Position numbers and translations under genes: made by a program
Part shown: one piece after another, positions 13,837 through 29,019 of the stretch
Numbering within the stretch: the stretch's first letter is position 1
How the letters are laid out: each line of letters opens with the position of its first letter
Notes under the pieces: generated by a model
What the model was told of the DNA's origin: nothing
Seen by the model: the letters and a program-made list of their open reading frames with translations, nothing else
Databases searched by the model: none
NCBI GenBank assembly: GCA_000165425.1
Contig: CT868207.1
Location: 682,001 to 746,000 of the forward strand
DNA from: Paramecium tetraurelia
Taxonomy: Eukaryota
Direction: 5' to 3'
Length of the DNA stretch: 64,000 nucleotides

Positions 13837-16800
13837 TCAGGATTCACTTTGGCCATTGAATTCGTCTTCATCATTATTTTAATCTTCAATTTATAAAGCT
13901 CTTCTAAAAGGGAAAAAAATAGTTTCCTTGTCATCTAAGCATCTTTTTACGAACTTCTCCAAAGCGTTACAATCATTAGGATGTTTATTCTTAATATAAA
14001 TAATATAGTAGAGCATATGGTAGACACTATGTTCTAAATATATATGATAATGCCAGCCTTTTGATCCACTAAAAATAAAGAGGATATAATACTTTGTATC
14101 AATATCATTCTTATCAATACTACAAACAAAACATTTGCCTTCAATTTCTTTCACTAAGGCTTATCTCTCATCTCTCAATTCACCAAATGTATCTAAAATA
14201 ATACCAAAGATTATTTAAATGAACAAAATGTTGAATATTATGAAAAATGAGAAGTCAAAAAAGTATCTTCCCCAATATAATGTAGGATCTTCATAAGGTT
14301 CAGGATATGTTTTCATTGAATCACCTAAACCACTACGAAGACCAAAATTGATTGTGGATGTAACGGCTAAAATAAATGTTTATCCATAAACACCATCTTC
14401 ATCATTGAACATCCAGTCAAAGTCTGAAAATGCAATTATGGCATAAATTAGTAATCCAATAAACCCAAGAAAAGAGAATATGGCTAGATTTCTTCCATTC
14501 GATGTAATTGATTTTATAATATTCTAAAGATCCTCTGACCTCTTAATAATATCTAACAACAGTACTGCATAGATGTATGGATTAAAAAATGCATAAACTG
14601 TTAGTCCAAACATCCAAATCTATAATATTAAATTATGTTTACATTGTAAAAATTATCAAAGTCAAAAAATATAACAAGAATAAGCTTTTTGAAAGTGCTT
14701 TCGCTGACTTTTTATCCTTAAAATTCCTATTCAAAGTATCCAACAATACTATAATATTTCATTGTCAACCAAGCTATTGAAAATCCAGCTTCCTTTTTTA
14801 AGATCTGAACTCTTTTAGCATTAGTTTCACCTCTATTATATGTAATTGATATTGGATATCTTTCTATAGCACAGAAAAATACAATAATTAGATTTAATAC
14901 TAATTAAATAATGGTGATAATCTAAATTATTAGATAATGATTACATTATTAAGATAACTTACAAAGTTCTGTCCAGGTACTTTTGTTTCTGACTCAGGAG
15001 CTTCTTAACTGGATCCTAATTTACTATTGACAACTATGTCATGCATAAAGATCAAGAGAATTACTATAACCAAACAGAGTATGAAAGATACATCTTTTAA
15101 CAATCTCCAATAGACTGCTCCAAAATGCATTATAAAGCTATTGTTAATTTATTAAGAATGTCTCATTTAAACCTGATAAAAGTCAGCTTAATCAATTAAT
15201 CCTTACATTCTATCTTCATCTGTATCCCTTTTGATCTCATAAATTATATGCTATTTAATATTGGGAGTAACAAAATTGCAAATAAAGGGTTTTTAAAAGA
15301 AAACCTTTTGAAGTTCAGATTATTCATTTTGAATTTCAATTCTACCAGTAAATTATCTATAGAATTTAAAAAACTATTGTTTTCTAGTAAACTTAAAATT
15401 TTCATCATTTGAGATATCTTCAAAAATTTGTTTAAATTCATTTTGTTAGGGTTATCTTAATTGGTTACTTAATAGAGCACTTTGTTCTTCTTTATCATGA
15501 TTTTAATTTTTAACGAAGATTGGTACTACCTTTTAAGAAGAGGCAGTATTTTTTCTTTGTAAATCATCGTATAAGGGATCACTTAAATCAATCAAATCAT
15601 CCTATTCATCTTAATCTTCATCGAATCTAAAAATTTCTAATTAGGAATCTTTAGGAAAATGCTCCGATAATGTTAGACAAATAATAAAAATATTAAAACC
15701 TGTTTGCATTAGTAGGTTATCTTCATCAGTTCTTAACCCAAAATGGCATAGGTTATTGGAACAGTATTAATGCTGTCCAATTTTTGATTCATCACAAATA
15801 TTATCTAGGATGATATTTCTCTATTTAGGTTTAATACGATCTTGATATATGGATCTCGAGATTCTCATCAGAATTGTAATGTTCACAGTTTCGAGTATAA
15901 ATTTCAAACATTGTTTGTCATGTTTTCCTTGAGTTATCAACAATAATAATTTAATAAATGATTGAAGTGTCTAATATGAGTTGTATTTTCTTTCTTGAAA
16001 ATCAAGCTAATTTTTATTTAAATTTATAATAAGATCTTCTTCCTGATTTTATGATTTTAATAAATTTTCTTTAATTATATTTCTATTCTCTTCCTACAAT
16101 TATTTGAATGATAACAAATCTTCTTTCTATAAAATTTAGTTTAATAATGTAAATAATCTCGTATTTTTGCATAACTCTTTTTTATTTTCTTCAAATCCAG
16201 TAGAGAATTCAACTAAACTCTCCAAAGCTTGTCTGTAGATTTCTTACAGCTTATAAAATACACTCCATCCTTTTTCCAATAAATCTGCTAATAAACTGGC
16301 TACTTCATTAACAATATTAATATTGGCTTAGTATGAATCATCATCGTATTAACGAACTAAAAACTTTTAGAAATCTACATTGACATTTTCACACAACGCC
16401 TACAATAATTTTAGGACTTTCAAACACAGTATTTTATATTCAGTGTTATTACCTTCGCATAATTCTAGTTCTAATATCCTGGAATTAATATCAGTCAAGA
16501 AAAATCCTCGGAGAAACACAAAGAATTTTTATTTAATTACCTAATCTTATTTAAGTATATTATAGAACTTTTTCTAGACATAGTCGTTTCCATAATCCAA
16601 TAAATAAATTAACAATTATAATGCCTCGATTTTATGTTAATCATCATCAGAATCGTTCAGTATCTCTAATGCTAATATGTCCAAATCACTATCCACCATA
16701 GCATTTTAATATTTTATGAATATTTATTATTTCAACCTTATTTATTCTTTAGATTTTTCATCTTTTGCTTCTGTAAGTGAATCAATGTCATCTTGTGTGG

Positions 16801-19800
16801 GTCTTTTCAACAACAAGAATATTTTACATAATTTTATTAAATAGATTTCTCTGTTTAAAAATATGCCTTAACATTTTTCTAAAAATTCTTAAACATTGTC
16901 CTCGTTCAATATGTTTGTATTTTATTTCTCTAAAGTCTTGATTAGTAATTCTATTTAAATATCATCTGATATTAAATCTTCATTACCTTCTAATTAACCA
17001 CCAAGCTTTTTGTATTGTTTTCCAATTAGTTTGTGACTAGCTATTCCAAACTCTTATTTAAGATTCTCTAAGCCTTCTTATTATCTTAAATACGCTTGCA
17101 CTTACTGGTTTATTCCGATCTAAATAGTTTTAATCTCAAATAATTCCCTCATAGCTTATTTAAATAACTCCCAATCACTTATGACTCTATTTCTATTATT
17201 TACTTATTCTAATCTCTTAATTTATTCTATATTCACTTTAAAGATTTCATCAATATCGCTCTATTAGATGTATGTCTTATAAATGTTGCAAGTATCCAAT
17301 ATCTTCTATTATCTCTCTGATTCATTTGCCTTATTTTCGATGTACTCATTAAATTAATTAATATTCACTTTATATCTAATTAGATACACTTTAAAGTTTC
17401 TCCTAAAGAGATTTTCTATTCTCTAAACATTGTCTTATTCTTACAACTTTTTTTCTCCTGATTGATCCTCTTTCAAAGTATCAATCTTATCAAAAACTAA
17501 TTTAGTATTCTTGTCCTTTTGGAATCCTATTTTAAAATTCTGACCAAACTTAGTAATTTTTCTTTATGGAATGATTTCTTCGATTGAAGTTATCAATTCT
17601 CTATAATCATCCAAATCCAAATCTTCCTTTTTTACTCTAAAATCCCTTTCTAAAACATTAAAAATCTCCTTTATTTTTTAGACATTCTATTTAATGATTG
17701 CAAATTCATCAGACAAACTAGAATTCTCTGGATTTTCTAGATCAGTTCTATCCTTCATCTCATCGTATGTATAAACTAAAAAATGAATTATCCCATTTTT
17801 CCTTAAATATTTCCAGTATTCAGTTTAATCCCTTAAGATTCCTTAATCTTAAACAAATTTTGAATCAAATGAAAGCTTATTCTCGAAATAAGTCAGCTTC
17901 TATCTTTAAATTGAATCTCTCAAATCTCTTTAAATAACCTTCATATTTCTATCTTGATTAGCTAATTTAGACAGCCCTTCCAAATATTTACACACTTATT
18001 TCTAATCTAACTCTGGGATTATTACCCTGGACAGTATATCTCTAACTTCATCACTCTCTACAGTATCATTAACAAACTACCCTTCTCTTACTTAATTGAT
18101 ATATAATTCAAATAAGCATTATAAATATGCTCTCTTCACAATATATTCACCTTTAGGATTTAATAAAATGGTCTTTAATTATTCATACAGCAATATTCTT
18201 TGCAGCTCCTATATTCCTATTCTATAAAACTGACAACATTCAGTTAACAATGTTATTAATTCTGAGTGCAACTTCATTCTATGATAAAGCAAAGGGTCTT
18301 TCACATTCTCCTCCTCAGTAATCAATTCTGGAATCAGTATATCCTGATAATAGTTCACTGGGTCTAAGACTATTCTCAGAAAAGTATTCTTTAAGATCTT
18401 CGATATAATTAAATGTTTATTCAAGGGCATCTATTTTGCAGGTTTTTCATAGGATTTTGTCATGGATCTTAAAATCTTAAAATATTAAATCAAAGAGTAA
18501 TAAGCCACAGCATTTTCATGATTCCTTCTTTTTATAAATTTAATTTCTTCCTCTTCATCTCTTGTACTATAGACCTTAAGGTAAAACTCTTGACTTTATG
18601 TCAACTGATTTCCTAATTTGTAAATTCTTTCGAATATTTAGTTTATTAAATTATCATGTTGATTTTCTGGGATAGAAGATATAATTTTGATTGCTAATTT
18701 TGTTACCTTGATTGGAATATAGAACTTATCATCTGCTTATGGCTAAGACATCTAAATTACATCAAGAATCTTTTGTAAATACTCATTATTAGCTAAAATT
18801 GAAATATTAGTATCATTATCTATTATGAAATATTCCAGAAATAGAACGATTCTTTTATAGAAAAAAACTATCTCTTTTGAAGATATAATTGTTTCTGGAT
18901 CTACTAAAAATTTCAAAAATATTAGATGCACATTTGCATTCCTTACTATATTTTAAAAGGACTTTAAATACTATAAATCTTAAGAATTTGGTTTAAAAAA
19001 CATTTCAAATTATTCAATGATTCTATTTGAATATCCTTTTAATATATCAAAGGACGTAGCCCTTTTTTAATTTAAATTATCATCTTTCTAACTTTGAATA
19101 AATTTTAATGCTCTTTTTGATAATTGTATAGCTTCCTTAGGACTTATCATTTAAACACTGTTTGAATTTCCATTAATAATTGAAAAGTATCTCAATTCTT
19201 ATTAATTGTCAATGATTTCAACTTAACTGATTTCCTATATTGAATATTAAGGTGCATGAAAACTTTTAATTATTCTCTATAATAATTCCTCATTTAGTTT
19301 AGTTCTTTTCCCTGATGTCAATAAGCAAGTAAATAATAATCCACAAATGCTGTTGCCATCAGGTTCTTTGAAAACACTATAAATGGATTTGGATGAAATA
19401 GTCTTTGGTTTTTTAACTTACACTTCTTGATTTATCACTTCGTCAAATCCAAACTAATCCAAATCTTTGACACTTGGAGAACTTGGATTTGATTCATTCT
19501 ATTGGGAAGAACTGAATAGGAACTCTAGAATCTATAGATTTAATTTTAACTGTTCAAAGATTTTCAGAATCGATAAAGCTTCCAAATAGATTTGGGTTTT
19601 AATGATATCATCGTTACAATATTAATAAGTCCATATTAATAAATATAGAATCCAATTTCTTTAAAATTACATATATATCTTAGTTGATTGCTCCATTCTT
19701 TTGTAATCCTTATCTAGACCTCTGTATTTTGACTACTTTTTCTGATATAGTTATTCAGCAGAAGGTAAGAATGTAGAAACCCATATGTTATCATCAACTG

Positions 19801-22800
19801 ACTCTCTTAATTTATTCAAATTTGAAACAAATGAATGATTTTCTGAAAATCTGTGTATTCTCATATCAGGAATCTATTATAAAATTAAGGCTACAAAGAT
19901 ATTAGGAAGTATTGAGAATATTTTCTAATTTTCATCCAATTGATTATAGCCTAAGTTTATGCTATTCTTGATAATTGTCAATAGTCCTAAGAAATAATGC
20001 AATTGCAAATAAGCAAGACGAGAGTAATCGAATTTTGGCTTATTTAGTTGGTTAGATTTTTTGGTTTAAAAGATGTCATAACTTGCCTCTATCAGTAAAT
20101 GTTCTGGATATTCCTCCTTAGTAAACATTTCTAAATAATACAAACGAATATCATTGATATGAGGTCTAGATAACATTTTAGCAGCATATAGTTTAAGTTA
20201 CTAATGTTCTGCTTTGGTTTCTTTCTGATGAAGAAAACTCTAATAATCGTCACTACGTTTTAAGGCTTTTGAGGCATTATTCTCATAAAAGTATAGTCCT
20301 GAGGGATTCTATATGTTGAATTAATCAATGTCATCACTTAGGTAACATTTAATAGTATTTGTTTAAGTATTGTTATAAAAGGGATCATAATTTTAGGATA
20401 TCTTGATTAAAGGATCAATGTCTAAAAATAAATTACAGAATAAGTCAATTAAAGTTTTTTCGAATCTAAGTTCAGATTTAACATTCTATTAACGCTTTAG
20501 ACATATTTCCAAGAACTTTTGATTCAAAAAGCAATTTTTCATTAAACATTTGATATTTTTTTAATTTCTTCCTTTACACAATGAAGAATATAAACCCATT
20601 ACATTCATTAAATAATTTTCATATTTCTAGAATATTGGAACCACTAATTTAGCATCTTCCTATTTTACTAATTAATTTTCTTTTAGTGTTTCAATTGTAA
20701 AGAAATCAATCACCACATCAATTAAACTGGGACTATGACTTAAAAATCTCTTAGCAATTCTTACCTATTTATCAATAAACTTTAAGTAAAGTTAGCAAAA
20801 CATCTAATTATTTTAACCAAACTAATTGACATATTGCATATACATTCCTTTATCCCTTTTTGGATAAAATTAAACTATTGGATACAAATTGTTGTTATCT
20901 TCTTATATGTCTAAGGATACTAAGACATTATGAAACGGAGATTATTATTCTTATTAATTTTTTGTCCCAAATAATAATCTTCTGCAAGCATTCTAACATA
21001 ATATATTTGGGTTCTCATAAGGATCTATCATTATCAAACTCAAGATTTCTATATAGAGAGTTTAATCTTCAATATTATCTTCAGATATATTTTCCAATTG
21101 ATTCACCCACTTTTTAATATTTTCTTTAGATTCACTCATATCAGTATATCTTACGCTTTCCTTAATGAGATTTGAGATATGTTTTCGTTAATGTTTTAAT
21201 TATTGCAAAAGGAAATCTAAAATACTTTCCTTATTCATTTTTAATGTCAAAACATAATTACTTGTATCCTGATTTTTTTAAACACATAAGCTCAGAACAT
21301 CATATATTTCTTAGATACAATTCAATTTTTAAGATGACGAAACAATAGGGTCAAGTTTTGATTTTGCAATCTTCTAAGGAGTCTTGTCCAAGACTTACGA
21401 ATTGTTATTAATCAAACTCCCGTAGATCATAAAATTGCATAGTCGTTAAATAGCAAAGAGCAAATTAATAATATCATTATCCATTAAAGTTTTTTATTTG
21501 AATTACTGTTATTCGTTTATTTGAGCTTGTCCTTCATTAGTTAAATACAACTTTAGGTTTTCCAAAGTTTAAAATAATTATTAAATTTCATCATACAATC
21601 TCTTTTGATTGTTAAAAGCCTCATAATAATCATAAGTTCTAATATCTTCCAACCCTTAGGTTGATGTCTTAACTATACCCCAATCCTGTAGAAATATATA
21701 GAATTAGATTAAGTATTCTTATAAAGAATTAATTCTAAAGGCAGTCTTAGCTTACTCTTGAGTTGCTAGCTTTAGTAAAAAAGTGGCTCTTTCCATATTT
21801 TACTTTTAACTCTTCCTTTAAACTGTCACTCTATCATCTAAACAAACGATGACCGAATTTTCTTAAGTAACATAACTATCAATAGAAATATTCATAAAAG
21901 ATTATAATTTGTAAGCTTCGCTGAACAAGATTTGATCGTCTGAGTTCTTTTTAGATCTTAAATGAAATTGACATTCTTATCTTAATCCATCATAAGTTAA
22001 ACTTGCATTGTGATTAGCAATTTCCAGGAATAATCCTGTACAAACATGTCTGATTAAGAAAACACTTTCGTAATTTGGTCTTGAGAACATCAGACTATTG
22101 ACGTGTTGAATTTACCATAAATTATTTAAGTTATTTTCTGCATTTTCTGATGTATCCACACATAGCTTATACATATAATTAATTTTTTCATTTTTCACTT
22201 ATTCTACATTAAAATAGAATTAATCTTTTGAATAGCTGATATTTGTATCGTAATTATTGATAAAGACCTCTGTTTAATCAAGTCCTTCAGTAATTCTAAC
22301 TTATCTTTGAATCGAGAGATATCCACCCAAATATCTATTTTTGATTGTGACTACATCTCCACTAAGAAGGGCTTTTTATTTCAAAGATTGCTCCTTCAAT
22401 TCTTATTCCGTTTTAGAATCAATGTAGTTTGCAATTTTCAAAGGAAATCCTATTTAAGAACAATTAACTTCTAACCCATCCTTCTTATCGTATTTTTGAC
22501 TTGGCTTCTGTATATTCATAAACCATTTATTCTAACTTGAATTTTGAATTATTATTTGATCTCCGTATAAGATAGGTTCTCCTGGGTTTTTAACCTGATT
22601 CATTGATAAAATTCTAAAATTTGAATTTACATTTGGAATTTCTTCTAACGATAATTCTCTGCAACAATTTTCCTTAGCTAAGTTTGCACTATTAAATGAT
22701 AGAATGCAAGAAGAATAGATGTGCTTAAGTTGGATTTCTTAACCATAGACAATATTGGATCCGTAGGCAAGATCATAAAAACGCTTGTTTTCTATAATTT

Positions 22801-23321
22801 CTTCTTTAGCCTTATCTTCAAGTTCTTTTAACCTTCTTTCATATTCTGATTAGCAAAGTTCTAAATTAATTGCTTCATTTATCGCCTATTCTCTAATATC
22901 ATCTATTGATTTCGAACGCTCTTGTTCTAGAAAGTTTTAATAATGATATTTTTTGCCTGTGATAACTTAAAATAGACTCTTTTAAAATGATAAACTGCCC
23001 ACCTTTTATTGTAAACATTTTTTTGATTGACTAATAATTTGCTGATTTTTTCCCAATATCTATATACATTCCAATTTATTGCTTGCGATGCCATCACCTG
23101 AAATAACACCTTTATAGTCGTCGATCAAATAAGACTTGAAATACACTATGTCTCCTACTTTCAAATTGAAGTTTCGCCTTTAATAAAAACAACAATTACT
23201 TTGGAGGTTTTGCGGTTTCCTGATTTTGAGTTTAGGGATTGTAAATATGTTATTACGATACAAGATTATCAGCTCCTAATTATGATTGTCTTTTTTAAAC
23301 TGGAATAGGAGGAAGTTCCAT
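13837..23321 (-). CDS. Inositol 1,4,5-trisphosphate receptor-type Ca2+ release channel (Paramecium CRC family), ~3100 aa
   Basis: N-terminal beta-trefoil/MIR-like region (IRHVCTGLFL), long helical RIH-like region, TM block, IIFGIILDTFGELRD and CFVC...HIYLEH Zn motif. Confidence 0.93.
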
Positions 23322-23557
23322 CAATTTGTGTTAATATATATATTATAAATAATAATTTTAGATATGTGGTGTTAAAACCTTTTATTTTATTGGGTCAGAT
23401 TATTATTTCCCCGTTTTTTATATCTTCATACAATAAATTCACAGCCATTTCACTTGTCAATAAAAATCGGTTAATTTAATAATACTATCATTATTAGAAA
23501 AAATAATAAATATATAATTTAACTATTTCAAGTTTATAGCTTAATTTAAATATTTCA

Positions 23558-25598
23558 TCAAATCTTCTCTAAGAATCTTATTTTTTCTTAAACACTTTTT
23601 AAAAATAAATCGTCTGCCTCTTCCTTCAGTTTCTCATCATTCAAATAATACGCTTGATGTTCTTTTCGTTAAGCCTCTTTTTCATACCGTTTGCCTCTCT
23701 CCATAATTGATCGGTAATCCTATTGCAATCTTGGAACACTATTGCTTTTTAATTAACCTAGCCTTCCTTACTAATTCATTCTCTCTTATTCTAATTCTTT
23801 CAAATAGTTTATTGGCTTCTTCTTTTATAGATCTTCCAATTAGGCTTCACTCTTCATTGGTTTTGGTTGGTAATAAACTGATGGATTTGGTACAAACCCT
23901 TTTTACAATGATTCTGTCACTTTTGTTTTTTGTACCTTCTAAAGATTCAAAACATTCTAAATTTTATGTACATTCCTTTCTACTATTATTTACAAAAATA
24001 CCTGATCCTTATTATGCCTATCTGTGCAATTTATTACGAATTGAGTCTACTTTTGTTGCACTCTATTTTCCTTCTCCTTCTTTCAAAAAACTAATTAAAA
24101 TCTTAAATTTTTATACTCAATATATTCTTCTTGTAATGAATTGTCAGATTTGTTATGCTAAGCTCTACTAAATTGAATGTCTGTTTAAACCTTAATGTTT
24201 GGCTTATGATATTCTTTAACTATCTCTGCGTATTTTTATTTTCTTAATAGTTTTTCAGCTTTTTATTATTTTTCCACCACATCTTTGTTTTTGAATTTGG
24301 AATCCACATCAATGACTTTTTATAAAATATCTTTGGCCTTATAGATTTACTTTGTTTCTTGTTATATTACAATCTCCCTTTCTAATTTCTTCTAATCCTT
24401 CTCTAACTTTAATAGCTATTTCTTATTTAGATAATCCTCCTCATGTTTATTAATTTCTTCTAATCGGATAGGAACAGCTAGTTTTTTTCTTTGTTGTAAT
24501 TTCATCTTAAATAATAAACAATTGAATTACCTTGGCATCTTCATAATATTACTTTTTTAAGATTTCCTCTCTGTCCTCTTATTGTTTCCTTTTCTCTCTT
24601 TCTTTGTTTTTCAACTCATTAATAATCTATTTCTGGTGTTAGTTTCTTTGTAATTATAATTCTTGATGTTTCTGCATTTATGATAATCTTTCCATTATTT
24701 TCTATCGCTTCTCTTAATTGAGATACTCCTTCTCTTATTCTCTTTCCATTTTATATTTCTCAATGCTTTCCTCAAGTTGATCAGATTCGTTATGCAATTA
24801 TTTATTCTTCCTTTCTTCTAATTCTCTTCTTTGTCTTTTTAATTCAGCAACCAACTATTTAGCTTTTGCTGATTGTATTGGATCATTCAGATTTTCGATG
24901 GCCTTCTTCTTCCTTTCCAAGTATTTCCTAGCCTCTGGACTTAATGACTTAGGTTTAGCTTAAGATTCGTTATGCTTGTGATAAAAATTCTGGTTATTCG
25001 GCTTTTCAAGATGATCCAATAATCCTAACACAGTGTCATTATTATTTTTAATGGGATCCTCCTCTTGATTTATTAGACTGGGATCTTAACTTGTAGTTAA
25101 ATGTTTCCCTTTTTCATTCTATTAAACTTTTTCAGCAAAAGTTTACGATTTTTACCTTGATGTCTATACTATTTTATTGGTGGCGACTTACAAGAATGTC
25201 AATAACTTTCTAATATTTCTTTTTTCTATCGTTTTTGGCAATTCTTATATTGAAGTGCTTCTCTTCAAAGCAATTTTAAATCCATTCATGCCAGATTCTG
25301 TCTTTTCCGACATTTTTATCAAAAACTAGGATACAAATGTTTTTAATTTTTTGATTCCTTCTCTCTTCCTTGCCTTCAAGGTTAAACTATCAATTTAATG
25401 ATTACAGATGATTTTATCTACTGATCCTTCCTCTTTGAGTAATTAATCAAATAAATGTAACTCTAGTTCCTAATTATTCCAATCCTTATCCGAATTCTAC
25501 TCCCTTATGATTTGGATAAATTCCTTAACACTTGAAGTTTTAGAAATTTGATATTCCCCTTCTGATTAATCTGGTAATATGACTTTAAAAGTTATCAT
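23558..25598 (-). CDS. Long coiled-coil protein with ubiquitin-like N-terminus
   Basis: MITFKVILPD...SSVKEF...LELHL start; long K/E/R-rich helical region; ends FLKSVQEKIRFLEKI*. Confidence 0.7.
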
Positions 25599-25734
25599 AT
25601 ATCAATAATAAGTTTATAATTAATTTATTATCAAATGAGATGGTAATCCCCTTATTAGTAAATTCTTTAGAGATGAAGTCTGAATATATCGTGTGATTAT
25701 AATCAATCAGAATATATTGATAATCATAATGAAT

Positions 25735-27138
25735 TCATTGTAATAGATATTTTGCAGTATCTGTAAAATTCTACTTATACTTATATCTTGAAAAATCAAA
25801 GCAATCACTCCTTATTTTAGTATTGTCATCAGGTATAATCTCAGGTAATCTTGATATTTATTAGCTTAGTTTACTTATGCTCATCCTTATCTCTAGCTGC
25901 TTCAAGTCTCACTGCTTCAATCATGAATTCTTTTGCCTCAGCCTTCTTTCCAGCATTTAATCTTCTATTGAATTCCTTGTATTTCTCGTCTATTTTCTTT
26001 TAGAGTAGATCCTCAGGTGCCCTTTCAAAATCTACATGATTCAACTGAAAGCAAAAGGAGTCCCAAGGCAATGGATCTTCTGACATAATTTCCTTAAACT
26101 TTTCAAAAGTCACAGCAGGAACCTTACCAATATTTGCTATGTCATTCATTAAATCTCCATACAATCCTTGCAATTTATCCTATGTAATGGATCCCTTCTT
26201 TTCTAGTTTAAATTTAAGTTTATTACCCTTATCATATGATTTGAATATCTTCTTAAGCTTCCCTTTCTCCCACTCATTTACTAAACTCATAGGATTGTCA
26301 TGAAGTCGCTGTCTTAATTACTCTTTCAATTCATTCGTAGGAAATTTGTTAGGATCAAAAGTTTTCTCCTTTTGTTTAATCCGAGTTCTCTCCATTTGAA
26401 TCTCATCAGCCTTTTATTATTCTCGCTTTGCTTTAATTTCATCTACTTCCTTATAGAGTAATTTCTCCCCAGCAGAGAAGATTTAAGATGGAAGTAATTT
26501 TTGCTTCTTCTACCCTTTCTTTTTAATTTTAACTTCTGCTTTGAAATCCTTGTACCAAGCTTCAACTTTAATTTTTTCTTGGACAGTTATTATTGATCGA
26601 TCCAGTAATTGTAATTGAGGAAGAGCTGAAATCACTCTGTTTCTATAATAGGGCTCCTCTGCCACTGGATTATTAAATAGATCTAAGACAATATAACTAA
26701 ATTAAAAAACCCAAAGTGGTAAGCCCAGGAAACTCCTTTAAAATCAACAGATTTTTCTCTAAGTCTCTTAATTCATTGTTGAACAAACTCAATGTTTCTA
26801 AATGCCTCAAATTTTATAGTCCCTCAAGAGTGCTAATTTTGTTCTTTTGCAAATATAGATGTTTAATTCTGAAATTTTACTCAATCCCTTTTATGCTGGT
26901 TAACTACAAATAAATAAGGGAGAATCTGTACTTGGTTTTCATTAAGCCACACAACTTCCAGATTCATGAACTTATCAAATTGTGCCAATTCATTAAATCC
27001 TTGATTAGCCATATGAACTTCTGTTGTATCTCTTGCTTGTTTATCATTTTTGATAGGAATGCATTGCCAAGGTGTTCCAACTTTAACAATAGGTTAAGGA
27101 GTTGCTCTTTTTATTAAATGATTAAAAACCTAATCCAT
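25735..27138 (-). CDS. Leucine-rich repeat protein (LRRC72-like) with LRRcap
   Basis: IKHLYLQKNKISTLEGL, LETLSLFNNEL, DLFNNPVAEEPYYRNRVISALPQLQLLD. Confidence 0.8.
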
Positions 27139-27149
27139 TAATTATTAAT

Positions 27150-29019
27150 ATGTTAAATAAGTGTAAGTATTTGTTTATTTGTGGTGCAATTGCATCTGGA
27201 ATCGGAAAGGGAACCATAAATAGCAGCATAGGAATGCTATTGAAATAATATGGTTATAAGGTGTCATTCTTGAAAATTGATCCATATTTAGTATGATATA
27301 TTAAAAAAGTAGAATATAGATGCAGGTACAATGAATCCATATGAGCATGGTGAAGTATTTGTTACAGGAGACGGGTAAGCAATTAATTGAATACTTTAGA
27401 GGAGAAGTTGATTTGGACATTGGAAATTATGAAAGATTCTTAGATATTGAGTTATCATTCTACCATAGTTTAACTAGTGGGAAATTATATTAAAAAATAT
27501 TACAGTAATAAATATTAGTTATAGAGATAGAAAGGAGAGGGAAGGACATTATTTAGGAAAAACAGTTTAGGTTATTCCTCATGTAGTCGATGAAATTAAA
27601 AATTGGATTCGAAATTTAACAACTGTACCACTGAAACATGATACTGTTGAAAAGCCAGATATATTGCTGGTTGAAGTAGGAGGAACTGTGGGTGACTTGG
27701 AATCCACTTGTTATTATGAGGCTGTGAGATAAATGATAAATGAGGAGGGAAAGGATAACGTTGGTTTGGTAAGATATTAATATATTCTAGATTATGCTTA
27801 CTTATATTTTAACATTGAATAATGAGTAAAAAACAAAACCTGCTTAAAATGGAATCAAGGATCTTAGATATACAGGATTGATAGCTGATTTTATAATATG
27901 CAGATCCGAAACTGAATTGTAAATACAACAAAGAGATAAGTTGGCTATGTTTGGTAACATATCTAAGGATTCAATATTTTCTGTTCCAAATTCCCAACAC
28001 ATTTATGATGTTCCAGAAGTATTACAAAAATAAAGGCTGGCTGAACATATATTAGATAAGTTCAAGCTGCCACTTTAAAAGGTTCCTAACATTTAACAAT
28101 ACACAAAATTTGGATAATATTTGAGAGAATTAGAGTAATAAAAGCCTGTTACTATAGGAGTTATGGGGAAATATATGAAAAATTTGGTAATTAATCTTAG
28201 TAATATATCTAGGATGCATATATGTCCTTGATAAAAGCATTGAAAGAGGCAAGTTATGCTATTAAAGTGAATTTACAATTAAAATATATCGATCTTGTTG
28301 AATTCCAAAATAGTCCTAATCCAGAAGAATAACTAGAAAAAGAATGTGATCAATTTGATGCTATCCTGGTGCCTGGTGGATTTGGATTTAATGGTTTTAA
28401 TCTCAAGATCAAGTGCTGTCAATATGCTCGTGAAAAGAAGAAGCCATTTTTGGGAATCTGCTATGGATTCTAAGCAGCTGTTATTGAATATGCTCAAAAT
28501 ATCTTAGGAGTTAAAGATGCTACCTCTGAGGAATTGAAGGAAGAATAGGTTGGAACAAACTTTGTTGTATTTATGCCAGAAATCAATCCTAAGTTATTTG
28601 GAGGCAACATGAGATTGGGAAATCATGAAACATTCATTGAGTAAGATAATTAATTTATTTGAGAAACAAGGAGAGCATTGCATATCAAATATATGGGTCT
28701 GAGGTTGTAGAGGAAAGACACAGACATCGATACGAAGTCAATCCTGAGAAGATTCAAACATTAAATGAAAAAGGTCTGATTTTCTCTGGAAAAGATAAGA
28801 AGACTGGCTCAAGAATGGAAGTATAATTACATTAATCAACTCAAGATTCTGGAATTGCCTAAAAATTAACATCCTTTTTATGTTGGAGTACAATACCATC
28901 CAGAATTTACTTCTAAAAACTTCAAGCCCAATCCATTATTTGTTAGTTTTGTTTCTGCTGCTGCAAATGGAGAGTATCGTAAATCAAAGATAGATACCAA
29001 CTACAATAATTAAATTTGA
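27150..29019 (+). CDS. CTPS: CTP synthase
   Basis: [61 protein letters not shown]. Confidence 0.97.

Noticed and set aside
23340..23470. Possible box C/D snoRNA or uORF upstream of the InsP3R gene (ATGAAGA...CTGA on the minus strand)
   Set aside because: No convincing box C or terminal stem and no recognised rRNA target
23707..24171. Longest ORF in the supplied track (154 aa, hydrophobic) and similar ones at 2535-2789, 42285-42482, 26716-27117
   Set aside because: Antisense shadows of K/E-rich genes on the opposite strand
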